Positions 55,445 through 62,292 of a stretch of 64,000 nt of DNA are shown here, one piece after another. The position numbers and the translations under genes are program-made. A model generated the notes under the pieces. It had not been told where the DNA came from and did not search any database. It saw only the letters and a program-made list of their open reading frames with translations. Source of the stretch: Octopus bimaculoides. Taxonomy: Eukaryota. Each line of letters opens with the position of its first letter. The stretch's first letter is position 1. The stretch spans positions 25,377,833 through 25,441,832 of the forward strand of contig NC_068985.1 in the NCBI RefSeq assembly GCF_001194135.2, read 5' to 3'.

Positions 55445-58400
55445 GGTTTACAAACACCTGTACATACATACATGCATATACAAACACACACAGAAAAAGA
55501 TTTCTTTATAACATATTAAAACTGTTCCAGATGATATCAATATAAAGTATTTGATAACATAAAATAAAGAATTCATATGAATTTGATTTTTTTTTCCACT
55601 GTTTTACACTACACATTTATGAGCATTTTCACATCGCAACTTGGAGATTCAATGCCAGCTTGTTCTAAAGGATCAAACACCATGAATGACTGGATTCTAT
55701 GCCAACTGAGAAACAGTTCTCTCTTACTTATATTACTATTTAAATCCCAAAATTAGCAGACAGATCAAATAGTAGAATAACTGCAGAAGCTAATAGCACC
55801 TACACAGAACATTCAATATTCTGTCGACTACTTTTTTTGTTTATCTACGTTATCCATGCTTTTTAGTTTAACTCATAAATTTAACTTATTTCTATATTAT
55901 TTCAAGTCTTGACAGTTGACAGGTAAATCTGTTTGAGTCTCAGAATGTGTTGTGCAGCACTGAATTAAAGATTGGGTAAAATAAGCATGTTCTTAAGGCA
56001 TCAAGGGAAGTAGAGAACCACAGAAATGGTAGATGGTTTATGACACAAAAGAAAATATCTTAAACTTGCTAAAATAATATTCAAAGTTGTTTATATGATC
56101 AGAAATATAATTTCAAAGTGGTTTATATGATCCGAAGTATAATTTCAAAGTATTCATGGTGTAATAATGAGGAGCTGATTAAAGACTTTACAATTAAAAA
56201 AAGTACAAGAAAACTTTTCAAATATAAATAAGGTGGAAGTATATAAAAATAAACATTATTTTCTGTCTTATTGTTAGTTTTGTTTCATTTTGAAAAATAA
56301 AAATTTGTTTTATGGTTTAATGTTATTTACATTTTGAACTACATATAAATGAGGACCCTAAAACCTTTTAAGTGCTTAGGGCCTCTAAGGGCCTTAAGTA
56401 AGCCCTGTGATATTTGTTTCAATGCATTGTTCTCAGAATAAAAGTTCTTTTGAGTCTGTCTACTTAGCTTTTCTTCTTTCTAAAATCAGTAACCAGCCTA
56501 GTGTTGGTACATCTCTCATCTCCATCCAGTTGTCACAGCCTAGATGTTCTACTAGGTCAATGCTAGGTCTGAAAAGATGTTTGTGTTTGCTCAAGACTAC
56601 ATGGATACCAAAGATATTGACCAAAAACGAGGTACAAGCTACCAACTTAGACTCATTTGTAAGTGATGGTTGTAACTAGCATTTCTATTCTATTCATTCT
56701 GATGATGACTATTTTCCCCTTTCTGCTTTATTAATGGAATTTCAGTTGTTATTACATGGCATGCTCATGTAATTTTTATACAAATAAGTCTTCAATTATC
56801 CCTGTAACATACCCACACACTTTAGTATTTTCATTAATTACTCAAGAAAGTAGAGGCCCAAACCAAGAGCTAATGGAACAGTGAAACATATTTTACAGTT
56901 TGTATTATAGACTTCACATGTAAGTGTAACTAACTTTTCACATTTTCATTGTAAAAGTGTATCAAATACCATAACTTTGTAACAATGAGAAAACTGGAAC
57001 CATACATGTGTATTTTTTTTTGTGTTAGCATATGTGTACATCCAAGTTTCTGCATGTGTATGTGAGTGAATATGCTTGTATGTATCTATGCATGTGTAAA
57101 AATGCTTGTAAATGTGCACAGTTATATGCATTGATGTAATGTAAAAGGTGGTAAAAGTTGATTGTTTAATTAATTAAAAGATAAAAAGAAGTGAGATGGT
57201 GAATACCTGAAGCTATTCCTCAGTAAATCATCCTATATTCAGATGATAGAGCAGAGCTATCATTAAATGTCCCTTTTTTTTACCATATTTCACTTTTTTT
57301 TTACCATATTTCACTTTTTTTTTACCATATTTCACTGTGTTTATTTCAATTAATTTTGAAATTAAATTAGAATTTAGTAAAATAACTTGGTTATTATTAT
57401 GTTGGTATTTGGGACATAAATTAACATGAAATTGTGATAGACAATTTAAATTCAGATCACTTTGAATCAACAAGTTTATATTGTAGAATCAAGGACAGTC
57501 TCAGGTAGCTTGATATCAAAAGGGTTAAGTAGTAAATAGATCTCTCTGAATTTTGATGTTGATGATTCTGTTTGATCAACTGAATTACCTGCTCGTTAAA
57601 TTAACATGAGTGGCTGGTCATTCTGATCATTCAACAGACATGTGTACCATTAATGTAATCTTCAGGTAGAATTAGTCTGATTCAAGTGCAATAATGTGTT
57701 TTTGAATTACAAACATAATTTATCTGATATTCTTCTGCACAATTTCCATTTCTCCAATTTCATTCCCCAGGCCACAAGGCTTGATTCAACCAAAGTCAAT
57801 GGTAAAAGATACTTTTTCGAGATGTCATTCACTGCAGCAGTGGAATCAAACTCAAGACCTTGTGACTACAAAGCTAACTTTTTTAATCCTTCTGTTATGC
57901 TGCATCCATATTGAAATATAGTAACACTGATAACCGTATAAAGACAGAGACAAAGCTGAGAATTATGTGACTCACCGCAGATTGTCTAGGATCATTTGCT
58001 GAAACCTGGAAGACATAAGCATTGACTTGTGCTGTCTCGTCCACAGACACTTCATACATGCTTCTATCAAAGTATGGTTTATTTGAGTGCAAAATGCTGA
58101 TTACTACTTTTGCTGTAGATGTTTGTGGCTTGCTACCAGAATCAGATGCTTCAACGTTGATCTAAAAAAATAAATAAATAAAATGTGAAAAGGTTTGTGG
58201 CATAATAACAGTAACAATAATGATTAGGAATTAAATGTTTAAAATTTTATGAAAATTATGACTGCAGTTGTTAAACACAACATAAAAAAATTTAAAATGT
58301 TCATATTTACCGTATATCTGTCTTGACTGACTCCAGTTAAGCTACTTCGAACATAAATTGTACCAGTAGTAGCATTCATTTCAAACAACTTTTGAGACTC

Positions 58401-61400
58401 TATTGGACCAGTTATTTTGTATCTTATTTCTGCATTTTTACCCTAGAGCACAAACAAATATTGAAATATGCATTAATTCATACTCATGCATTATAGTACA
58501 TAAAAATATTACCCTCATCATCATCATTCTCATCATTGTTTTTACATCCATTTTTCCATGCTGGCATGTGTTAGTGAGAACCTGCAGAAGAAGACCTTAT
58601 ACTACTAGATGCTAATCCTGCAGCCAACACTTACTCATTCTTCAAGTAAAGTATTTTAATTTCATGTATCCTGACACACCAAAATCAACAAAGCTATAAA
58701 AACAAGATCGTTTTTGTTTCATGTGGACCACATATGAAGATATAATACAATTGAAAAGAAGTCCTTTTCTCTTCTTTATCTTTCATCGCTTTTATTTTTT
58801 CTACTCTTTCTTTCTCTTCCCCTCTCATGCTCCTTTCTGTCTTTTTTTCCCCCTTTCTTTAAAAAACCAAAATTGACATCTTGAAATGTCATCTTGAAAT
58901 GTCATCACAGACAATCCCCCAAAATATAAATTCTCTCTTTCTGCTTTCTTTTCTTTTTCTCCCTCCCTCTCCGTCTCTTTCTTTCCTTCCTCCCTCTTTT
59001 ATCTTTCACCTCTCCTCCTCTCCATTTGTGTAAAAACCAAGAAACTTTCTATAAAATTTATTTAAAAAAATCCTCATGAATGAATAAAAGCATTAATAAA
59101 GAATTACTCAAAATTCTGACTGTCTCCTTTTCTTAATATTGAATATATTATTGTCTAAATTATGCAAATGAAAATAACACTGACATCTCATTTAAACAGA
59201 TATATTTACCAAAATTGCATAAAAATATCTTGAAATAATAAAGAGTAAATTTACTCAATAAAGTCACCATTGGCTTCAACCACAGCCTCCAGGCAACTTT
59301 GGAATCTCCTGAAACTCTTCTGGACCATCTCCTTGTTTAAGTTGGTGAATGCTGCCATAATCCTTGCCTTCAGTTTATTTTTGGTGTTACGAGGAGTTTT
59401 GTTGGTCTCTCACTCAACTGCGCCCCACACATAATAACCAAGGGAGTTGCAGTCTGGGAAGTTAGGTGGTCAGATGATAGGGGTGATGTGGTCGCAGAAA
59501 TTGTCTGACAGCCATGACTGGGTTCTCCTGCTTGTGTAGCATGGTGCAGAGTCCTGTTGCTAGACATAGGGTCTTCAAGCAGCCACCTTCTTGATCCAGA
59601 GCAGCACTATCTCCTGTAGGCACTTGATGTAGGCCTGTGTGTTGAGTCTGAGGCTGTGTTGACTGGATGTTTGATTTTTATCATTGTTAGTACATGTTTT
59701 GGGGACACTGCAAGCCAATGGTTGCTCTGTATGTTCACTATTTGATCCTAGCAGACATTTTTCTCATCTGATAAAAACCCTCAGATTGACACCCAAACAC
59801 TCTGAACTGTTCTTATTGGAGCGTCTAGTGTGAATGTCAAGCAGTGCAGCATGTCGTTTCCAAACTTCTGGCAGAGTAAATTGTGTCATAGTGTTGTTTT
59901 TCTCACAGATGGTACCCATCTGATCCTACTAGCGACTGAGACCTTTGGAGATATGCTGTTCTTGAGAAGACCTGGCAAACCAAGTGAGATCATAGCTGTG
60001 GCCTATGCCAGAGTCACATAGCCAGCCCATTTAAGAGTACCCTTCAGGTAATACTCTGTGCTTGAGAGGACCTGTTGAGTCAACTGAAATCATTGTTGTG
60101 GCCGATGCCAGTATTACCTGGCTGGCACCTATGCTAATGGCATATAAAAAGCACTATACAAGCATGGTCATTGTCAGTGCCACCTGATTGGCTCCTATGC
60201 TGGTGGTATGTAAAAAGCACCATTTGAGCATTGTCAATGCCAGTGCCACCTGACTGGCTTCCATGCTGGTGGCATGTAAAAAGCATTCACTACACTCTTG
60301 GAGTGGTTGGTGTTAGGAATGGCATCCAGCTGTAGAAACCTTGCCAGATCAGATTGGAGCCTGGTGCAGCCTCCTGGCTTGCTAGGCCTCATTCAAACCG
60401 TCTAAACCATGTCAGCATTGAAAGCGGACGTTAAACAATGATGATGATGATGATGATGATGATATCATCATCATCATTATGTATACATATATGTATATAT
60501 GCACACATAAACATGCACATATATATAGGGAGCATGAAAGAGGGAGAGAAGGAGAGACAGAGAGAGGACCATTTTATTATTAAATACCTCTTTTTCTGTT
60601 TTGCCCTTTCATTCAATATATAATACTTTCATTTGGAATTTGTGGAAAAATGGATAAATTTTTTAATTCCTTCTAACTCATCTTCAACAAGCAATATAAT
60701 ACAGGCTTAGAGAAACGCAAAACAAAAGAGAAAATATTTGAATAAACTTACTGTGTCAGAGTCAGTGGCTGTAACTTGAAATATACTAACAAGAACTGGA
60801 GTGGTATCAGAAACAGTCTTATAATATGGAAGTCTTGTGAATATTGGTGCATTATTATTCCTTAGTACTGTAACTGTCAAAGTTGCAGTGGACATGCGTT
60901 GAGGATCTCCTTGGTCTTTAGCAGTTATGGTAAGCTGGTGGAAGATTAAAAGATAGAAGTATAGGCTTGAAGAATAGGAACAAACAGTGAGCAAAATATT
61001 GGAATCTTTGTTTCTTGTACAGGATCTGGCAAAGAAACCTGATGGCTTAACCTTTTTGTTACTGTATTTATTTTGAAATGCTCTGTTTCTTTCAATTACT
61101 TTAAATATAATAAAGAATTTAGTAAAATAACTTAGTTATCGTTAAGCTAGTGTTAGGAACATAAATTGCGACTAAGGTTTGGTGGAAGATTATAATTCAA
61201 AACTTATGGAAACAAGACATTTGTACTCAGAGCCAGAGCCGGTTCCAGCCAGGTTGGTAATGAAAGGGTTAAAATAATTGTAATTTCACTGAAGGAGATG
61301 GGAGTAGAGGCCATTTGCTTGGTGATGTTTATTGGTGCACAAAATATCATATCAGTATGGATGGAACAGTGAACTGTGCAATACTGTGCTTTTATAATTT

Positions 61401-61763
61401 GAATGTAATTTTGAAAGTGGTAACTCAGTTACTAAGTGTAGTAAAATATTTGTTTGTATTTTAACATGGACCACTATGGAGAAGTGTGAAGTTGGAATAT
61501 GATATTGTTAAGGATAGAAAACTTAAGGTTAATTGGTTTAGCATTCAAAAAGAAACCACCAGGACTGTAAAAATTGTCTGGAACATTGGAAAATTGAAAG
61601 TATTTTTGGTAGGCTATATTCGTTTCTACTCTAGGCACAAGGCCCAAAATTTTGGGGAAGGGGGCCAGTCAATTATATCGACCCCAGTACGCAACTGGTA
61701 CTTAATTTATTGACCTCAAAAGGATGAAAGTCAAAGTCAACCTCAGTGGAATTGTTAAGTAAG

Positions 61764-61830
<67 letters not shown>

Positions 61831-62292
61831 ACTTTTCTAGCAAAGACCATCGTATAAGTCTATTTACCTCATCAGCTTTTAAAATTAACAACAAGGAGTA
61901 TTTCATGAGCCACTATGTGGTTACTTGACCTGCTAGAAACAGCAACCAAATTTCTTTCAAATCGCTACCATCTTAAAAAAACACTGGAAAATGTGAACCA
62001 AGATACATTATATCTAAAAATCAAAAAACATGGTATTGTCAGAGCTGACCTTGGCTAATTAATAGCAATAACAGAGACTGCTTTTGAAAGTAAAGACCAA
62101 ATTTGTTATAATCCTAGAATAAGAAATATTTTAGAGAAATATGAAAATAATTCCAAATGTACTTACTGTATATCTAAATGATGTATCTTCTGATAAAGGC
62201 CTAGCGATGGATATTACTCCTGTTAATGGGTTGATAATGAAAAAGGATGAACCTGTCCCCTGCAAACTGTAATAAATCTTGTTTTCAGGATC
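692..62292 (-). CDS. Multi-exon non-classical cadherin-superfamily gene (5'- and 3'-partial): ~7.5 EC repeats + membrane-proximal domain + TM + partial cytoplasmic tail
   Basis: complement(join(62167-62292,60752-60934,58311-58442,57976-58161,55179-55289,51699-51881,49240-49383,48703-48885,47484-47597,41726-41917,40749-40880,38476-38597,35865-35974,34197-34334,32481-32638,25449-25640,23281-23369,14621-14698,12883-12945,10509-10724,5499-5598,692-837)). Every exon has pyrimidine tract+AG and GT(R)A-type donor; phases match at all 21 junctions; no stop in 3098 nt. Cadherin motifs ATDxD, AxDxG, IDYE, DVNEHSPEF. No start or stop codon in the window. Confidence 0.93.
938..1285 (+). mobile_element. 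Helentron-associated non-autonomous element (HINE/DINE-1-like)
   Basis: 5' ttacttccaccttagcgaaagcagaggt stem, gttgtttgtttgtcc microsatellite, 3' ccttggctgagatttgtgctctgagtgctc subterminal repeat/hairpin, T-rich flanks. Confidence 0.5.
1633..1965 (-). mobile_element. tRNA-derived SINE family F with internal microsatellite
   Basis: Head ggctgcgtggtaagaagtttgcttcccaaccacatggttccgggttcagtcccactgcgtggcac-ttgggcaagtgtc; related pieces at 1385-1530, 13990-14160, 19580-19700, 21345-21460, 31440-31590, 35160-35320, 36150-36290, 52000-52370. Confidence 0.75.
2780..3160 (+). mobile_element. CR1/L2/Jockey-like LINE 3' fragment followed by A-tract
   Basis: KSLRDLQRVDMDVFQERLDKFISEVP resembles the conserved end of CR1/L2-type ORF2; 25-nt A-run at ~3134-3158. 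Confidence 0.55.
3872..4508 (-). mobile_element. R4/Dong-like (RLE non-LTR) retrotransposon fragment
   Basis: GGGLISVED..., zinc knuckle remnant RLCKSKEESVAHIVNEC..AQKEY..HDN, IHWELC..WYEHEP, IPVVLGALG; bounded by ttattattgttattac. Confidence 0.8.
5499..5598 (-). CDS. Exon 21 (juxtamembrane tail): YTKYLNQYRIHHLANEPTDFVEPPNFLKDFETQ
   Basis: tttgcag|G...CAA|gtaaat; 100 nt, phase 2-0; basic stop-transfer R-Y-T-K follows the TM. Confidence 0.88.
6030..6705 (-). mobile_element. R4/Dong-like retrotransposon 3' fragment
   Basis: IHWELC..KMWY..VNEDYKILWD..KKPDIVMVDKK (PD..D endonuclease), ALLGTARVL terminus; ATT repeats on both sides. Confidence 0.83.
6729..6965 (+). mobile_element. tRNA-derived SINE family D with (ATT)n tail
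   Basis: gagctggcagaattgttagc...gttctgagttcaaattcc..gtcaactttgcctttcatcc...tagtagaaaagattattatt; further copies at 5888-6020, 8505-8775, 19137-19350, 33520-33710, 39945-40085, 43825-43970 (+) and 50300-50420, 50510-50720, 50920-51110, 53110-53320, 61635-61760 (-). Confidence 0.82.
6968..7806 (-). mobile_element. R4/Dong-like retrotransposon 3' fragment, sister of 6030-6705
   Basis: FHSKSDTDRLYLFRGKGGRGLISCQDCIRAEE, IHWEL, PDI region; 3' tail similar to 6050-6150; (TAT)n at 6944-6965 and 7808-7826. Confidence 0.83.
10509..10724 (-). CDS. Exon 20 (TM): NDKIREEFNKLGDT...KSFVWWMDDPWAALVALAAIIILLCLIGIIVVLFTWS(R)
   Basis: tttgcag|C...AG|gtaagc; 216 nt, phase 2-2; ~25-residue uninterrupted hydrophobic stretch. 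Confidence 0.92.
10960..11200 (+). mobile_element. Possible hAT (Buster/Charlie-like) left end
   Basis: CAGGGGTTGACAAACTGGGGTAAATT preceded by ctttaatg (NNNTANNN); matching right TIR not found. Confidence 0.3.
12883..12945 (-). CDS. Exon 19: SDITFVIAQQTVPHRLINIP(S)
   Basis: atttcag|T...AG|gtaaat; 63 nt, phase 2-2; other two frames contain stops. Confidence 0.8.
14521..14526 (-). CDS. Candidate 6-nt microexon (TAAAGA) adding Lys-Asp: DENGNAI-KD-SDITF
   Basis: cctgcag|TAAAGA|gtaagt, 94-nt intron after exon 18; frame- and phase-preserving (2-2); a competing upstream AG gives a 22-nt exon with a stop. Confidence 0.4.
14621..14698 (-). CDS. Exon 18 (membrane-proximal domain): ILSEKISNIVLFEDVQIAYDENGNA(I)
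   Basis: cctttag|G...AT|gtaagt; 78 nt, phase 2-2; only that frame is open. Confidence 0.83.
18509..18676. mobile_element. 168-bp MITE with ~60-bp near-perfect TIRs and 3-bp TSD (TTC); PIF/Harbinger-like
   Basis: Left arm 18509-18568 is the reverse complement of 18605-18676 except one mismatch and a 12-bp duplication (gttgaccagctg); ttc at 18506-18508 and 18677-18679. Confidence 0.78.
20922..21310 (-). mobile_element. tRNA-derived SINE family C
   Basis: Head gtggaggcgcaatggcccagtggttagggcag...gtttcgattcccag; further copies at 4646-5010(+), 17079-17421(+); partials at 14210-14290, 17485-17600, 57570-57680. Confidence 0.8.
22297..22936. other. Assembly gap (N), one of nine
   Basis: Other N runs at about 15897-16079, 16863-17072, 29796-29821, 32380-32394, 36952-36961, 39368-39883, 44340-44673, 46430-46940; almost all abut microsatellites. 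Confidence 0.97.
23281..23369 (-). CDS. Exon 17 (end of last EC, start of membrane-proximal domain): INIVFDDNRMSLKYEVKPSEFGKVKQNVR(Q)
   Basis: ctcacag|ATT...CA|gtaagt; 89 nt, phase 0-2; bridges exon 16 (phase 0) and exon 18 (phase 2). Confidence 0.85.
23420..23880 (+). mobile_element. RTE-clade LINE ORF2 C-terminal fragment
   Basis: CGVKLFDKQRTEDLMGMLGLEE..RVRWYGHVLRRDEEHVLRR; ends in gatgatgaagatgatg. Confidence 0.8.
25449..25640 (-). CDS. Cadherin exon 16: ATDKDLYDKYYLTYSIVSS...YYFDVKVIDRGQKPATNKAV
   Basis: taatcag|GCA...GTG|gtaagt; 192 nt, phase 0-0; ATDKD and VIDRG motifs. Confidence 0.92.
26302..27170 (-). mobile_element. Tc1/mariner DD37D (maT/mori-like) internally deleted relic
   Basis: Imperfect ITRs TACAAGGTGTGGTGGATAAACTG / TACACGGTGCGATGGGTAAATTG in TA context; QQDSAPCH...WPPHSPDYNPLD with 37 residues between the two Asp. 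Confidence 0.85.
27276..28534 (-). mobile_element. Tc1/mariner DD37D near-full-length relic with stops
   Basis: ORF pieces 28203-28457 (HTH N-terminus) and 27705-27995 (WFFSNKKNF..KFPATVMVLGVV); DSALSH...WPPNFLDLNSLD spacing 37; ITR-like ends TACAGTGTACGTAAGATATTTG / AAAGGGTGCATAAGGTATTTGG. Confidence 0.87.
28562..29768 (+). mobile_element. mariner DD34D relic (frameshifted)
   Basis: ORFs 28723-28995 (MELVECRSMLRFL..GQPHS) and 29265-29561 (QDNTPVH...YSPDLTPSD, spacing 34); inverted end similarity TTAAAGATTTxCCCTGACCCACTTCT. Confidence 0.88.
29868..31052 (-). mobile_element. mariner DD34D-type relic; 3' end replaced by (TA)n
   Basis: ATG at 30867 MEVSKEHLRHIMLYEYKKG...RRWFAKFRSGDFSLED; C-terminus HQENARPHTA...PYSPNLAPSDYHLF...GKCIDD; 5' end tatatcagatcatcctataagttctgtccg. 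Confidence 0.87.
31590..31990 (+). mobile_element. RTE-like LINE terminal fragment with C2H2-like tail
   Basis: Degenerate KPKL*F*DCVK..INWES..QWRR and CNICRFICLSRARLHSHQQSH. Confidence 0.65.
32481..32638 (-). CDS. Cadherin exon 15: FQTYPTALVIVRVTDVNEHSPEFVANRFYQSSTYFGLLPSTAGVNTFVMSVN
   Basis: cttgcag|CA...AAT|gtaagt; 158 nt, phase 1-0; canonical DxNExxP linker. Confidence 0.9.
34197..34334 (-). CDS. Cadherin exon 14: LFSVKYNISTASCDLSLLNGIDYETKDSTYNLEIVLSTSQTRKLL(A)
   Basis: tttgcag|GG...G|gtatgt; 138 nt, phase 1-1; IDYE motif. Confidence 0.88.
35865..35974 (-). CDS. Cadherin exon 13: VTIPENTKENAIILAMKVENTEKTNSMICKIQTGDE(G)
   Basis: ttttag|T...G|gtaaag; 110 nt, phase 2-1; PEN motif; phase fits exons 12 and 14. 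Confidence 0.88.
36285..36400. repeat. Long (TG)n microsatellite, representative of many simple repeats
   Basis: Others: (CA)n 55357-55440, 20122-20165; (TA)n 15516-15551, 61766-61823, 63955-64000; (GA)n 32333-32379; (CCTA)n 19425-19470; (ATT)n 8727-8773, 19050-19130, 39885-39945; (TAA)n 50722-50770, 50850-50915; (TATG)n 32003-32110. Confidence 0.95.
36800..37410 (-). mobile_element. 5'-truncated copy of the RTE 3' UTR (about six VNTR units)
   Basis: catcatcgtttaacgtccgctttccatgctagcatgggttggacg signature; further copies at 1-60, 20167-20470, 33110-33360, 42870-43050, 46040-46405, 49915-50120, 63660-63830. Confidence 0.8.
38476..38597 (-). CDS. Cadherin exon 12: FKVIAKDGGWNPKTAEASITINVTKVIQSGGKMGFVQPVY(Y)
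   Basis: atttcag|TTC...TA|gtaagt; 122 nt, phase 0-2; AKDGG motif. Confidence 0.9.
39034..39367 (-). mobile_element. R4/Dong-like 3' end with intact frame, truncated by gap
   Basis: KEMEKLSKYKDLEIEITRMWNLKTETIPIIVGALAII...IALLGTAHILRKALSIQ*, ~100-nt 3' UTR running into (TAA)n; (ATT)n also beyond the gap at 39885-39945. Confidence 0.85.
40749..40880 (-). CDS. Cadherin exon 11 (core): NPNGEVILSIPDKYADARKYFAITNQGDLYLETPLSITDSRMFN
   Basis: atttcag|AAT...AAT|gtaagt; 132 nt, phase 0-0. Confidence 0.9.
41726..41917 (-). CDS. Cadherin exon 10 (linker): LTVIATDQSLQPMSGSTLVIVNIERNSYPPVL...NVSDQDRSLN
   Basis: attccag|TTA...AAT|gtaagt; 192 nt, phase 0-0. Confidence 0.92.
45025..46035 (+). mobile_element. 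RTE-clade LINE 3' portion: ORF2 C-terminus + VNTR-containing 3' UTR + (GAT)n tail
   Basis: KGRLYDVCVQTTMLHSSETW..LCWYSHVLSMDEDSCVKKC..GRGRPRKT; continues through ~60-66-bp tandem units to gcatggaaagcggacattaaacaatgatg. Confidence 0.85.
47484..47597 (-). CDS. Cadherin exon 9 (core): DQVIYSIPQSDFYFAINNITGVITVNGDIASNPTSFYE
   Basis: ttttaag|GAT...GAG|gtaaat; 114 nt, phase 0-0. Confidence 0.9.
48703..48885 (-). CDS. Cadherin exon 8 (linker): LDIQAEDNGYPRNKATMRITVNVVSRSNIPVF...VSATDRDG
   Basis: ctgacag|CTT...GGG|gtaagc; 183 nt, phase 0-0. Confidence 0.93.
49240..49383 (-). CDS. Cadherin exon 7 (core): GENGRITYKIITYNPPSGKSYFYVNPETGNVTVTALLSQNPNPTRRYI
   Basis: cttcag|GGT...ATA|gtaagt; 144 nt, phase 0-0. 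Confidence 0.92.
49462..49790 (+). mobile_element. tRNA-derived SINE family B
   Basis: A/B-box head gtggttagagcatc...gaattcgattcc, then cttgagcaagacacttt core; further copies at 383-672(-), 15577-15888(-), 37650-37965(+). Confidence 0.8.
51118..51625 (+). mobile_element. Two short R4/Dong-like 3' fragments in tandem
   Basis: 51118-51400 LDNIPGEPCLTEIKKIVL/STTHVLRKTLSI* with (AAC/AAT)n tail; 51445-51625 KDVDKYVTKISGLT..LGITHILSR, similar to 39134-39367. Confidence 0.7.
51699..51881 (-). CDS. Cadherin exon 6 (linker): IEVKAFRKNDTSSSATTTVIVKIIRRNTPPRF...AVATDPDT
   Basis: aaacag|ATT...ACT|gtaagc; 183 nt, phase 0-0. Confidence 0.92.
53900..55030 (-). mobile_element. mariner DD34D relic
   Basis: ORFs 54360-54815 (WVPHDL..CSEKWILYNN) and 53958-54317 (HDNAQSH..HPAYSPELYPTDF..NGTYFDE*); ITRs not resolved. 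Confidence 0.85.
55179..55289 (-). CDS. Cadherin exon 5 (core): GQLQYEMINNVKLFAMSSGGLITVAKPLVGLNINIVE
   Basis: tttacag|GGA...GAA|gtaagt; 111 nt, phase 0-0. Confidence 0.9.
57976..58161 (-). CDS. Cadherin exon 4 (linker): INVEASDSGSKPQTSTAKVVISILHSNKPYF...QVSANDPRQSA
   Basis: tttttag|ATC...GCG|gtgagt; 186 nt, phase 0-0. Confidence 0.92.
58311..58442 (-). CDS. Cadherin exon 3 (core): GKNAEIRYKITGPIESQKLFEMNATTGTIYVRSSLTGVSQDRYT
   Basis: ctctag|GGT...ACG|gtaaat; 132 nt, phase 0-0. Confidence 0.9.
59145..59920 (-). mobile_element. Second copy of the DD37D deleted family (same as 26302-27170), with different internal deletions
   Basis: Colinear similarity to 26325-27075 (aaatgaaaataacactgacatctcattt...ttctcacagatggt); QQDSAPCYTSRRTQSWLSDNF. 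Confidence 0.82.
59935..60460 (+). mobile_element. RTE LINE 3' UTR copy (same family as 45025-46035)
   Basis: gagacctttggagatatgctg...aagacctggcaa matches 45447-45500; three VNTR units; (GAT)n tail. Confidence 0.8.
60752..60934 (-). CDS. Cadherin exon 2 (linker): LTITAKDQGDPQRMSTATLTVTVLRNNNAPIF...VTATDSDT
   Basis: ccaccag|CTT...ACA|gtaagt; 183 nt, phase 0-0; AKDQG and ATDSD motifs. Confidence 0.93.
61047..61272. mobile_element. piggyBac-like MITE
   Basis: TTAA|CCTTTTTGTTAC...GGTAATGAAAGGG|TTAA; reversed copy at 43601-43824; related elements at 57271-57528 and 13215-13437. Confidence 0.72.
62167..62292 (-). CDS. Cadherin exon 1 in window (EC core): DPENKIYYSLQGTGSSFFIINPLTGVISIARPLSEDTSFRYT
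   Basis: tttctag|GAT...ACA|gtaagt; 126 nt, phase 0-0; typical Y-S-L..F.I...TG.I cadherin core. Confidence 0.9.

Noticed and set aside
40749-62292. Interpretation as a clustered protocadherin or Dscam-like array of mutually exclusive exons
   Set aside because: The exons alternate core/linker and concatenate into successive different EC repeats. I found no duplicated alternatives in the introns (manual scan only, gaps not assessable).
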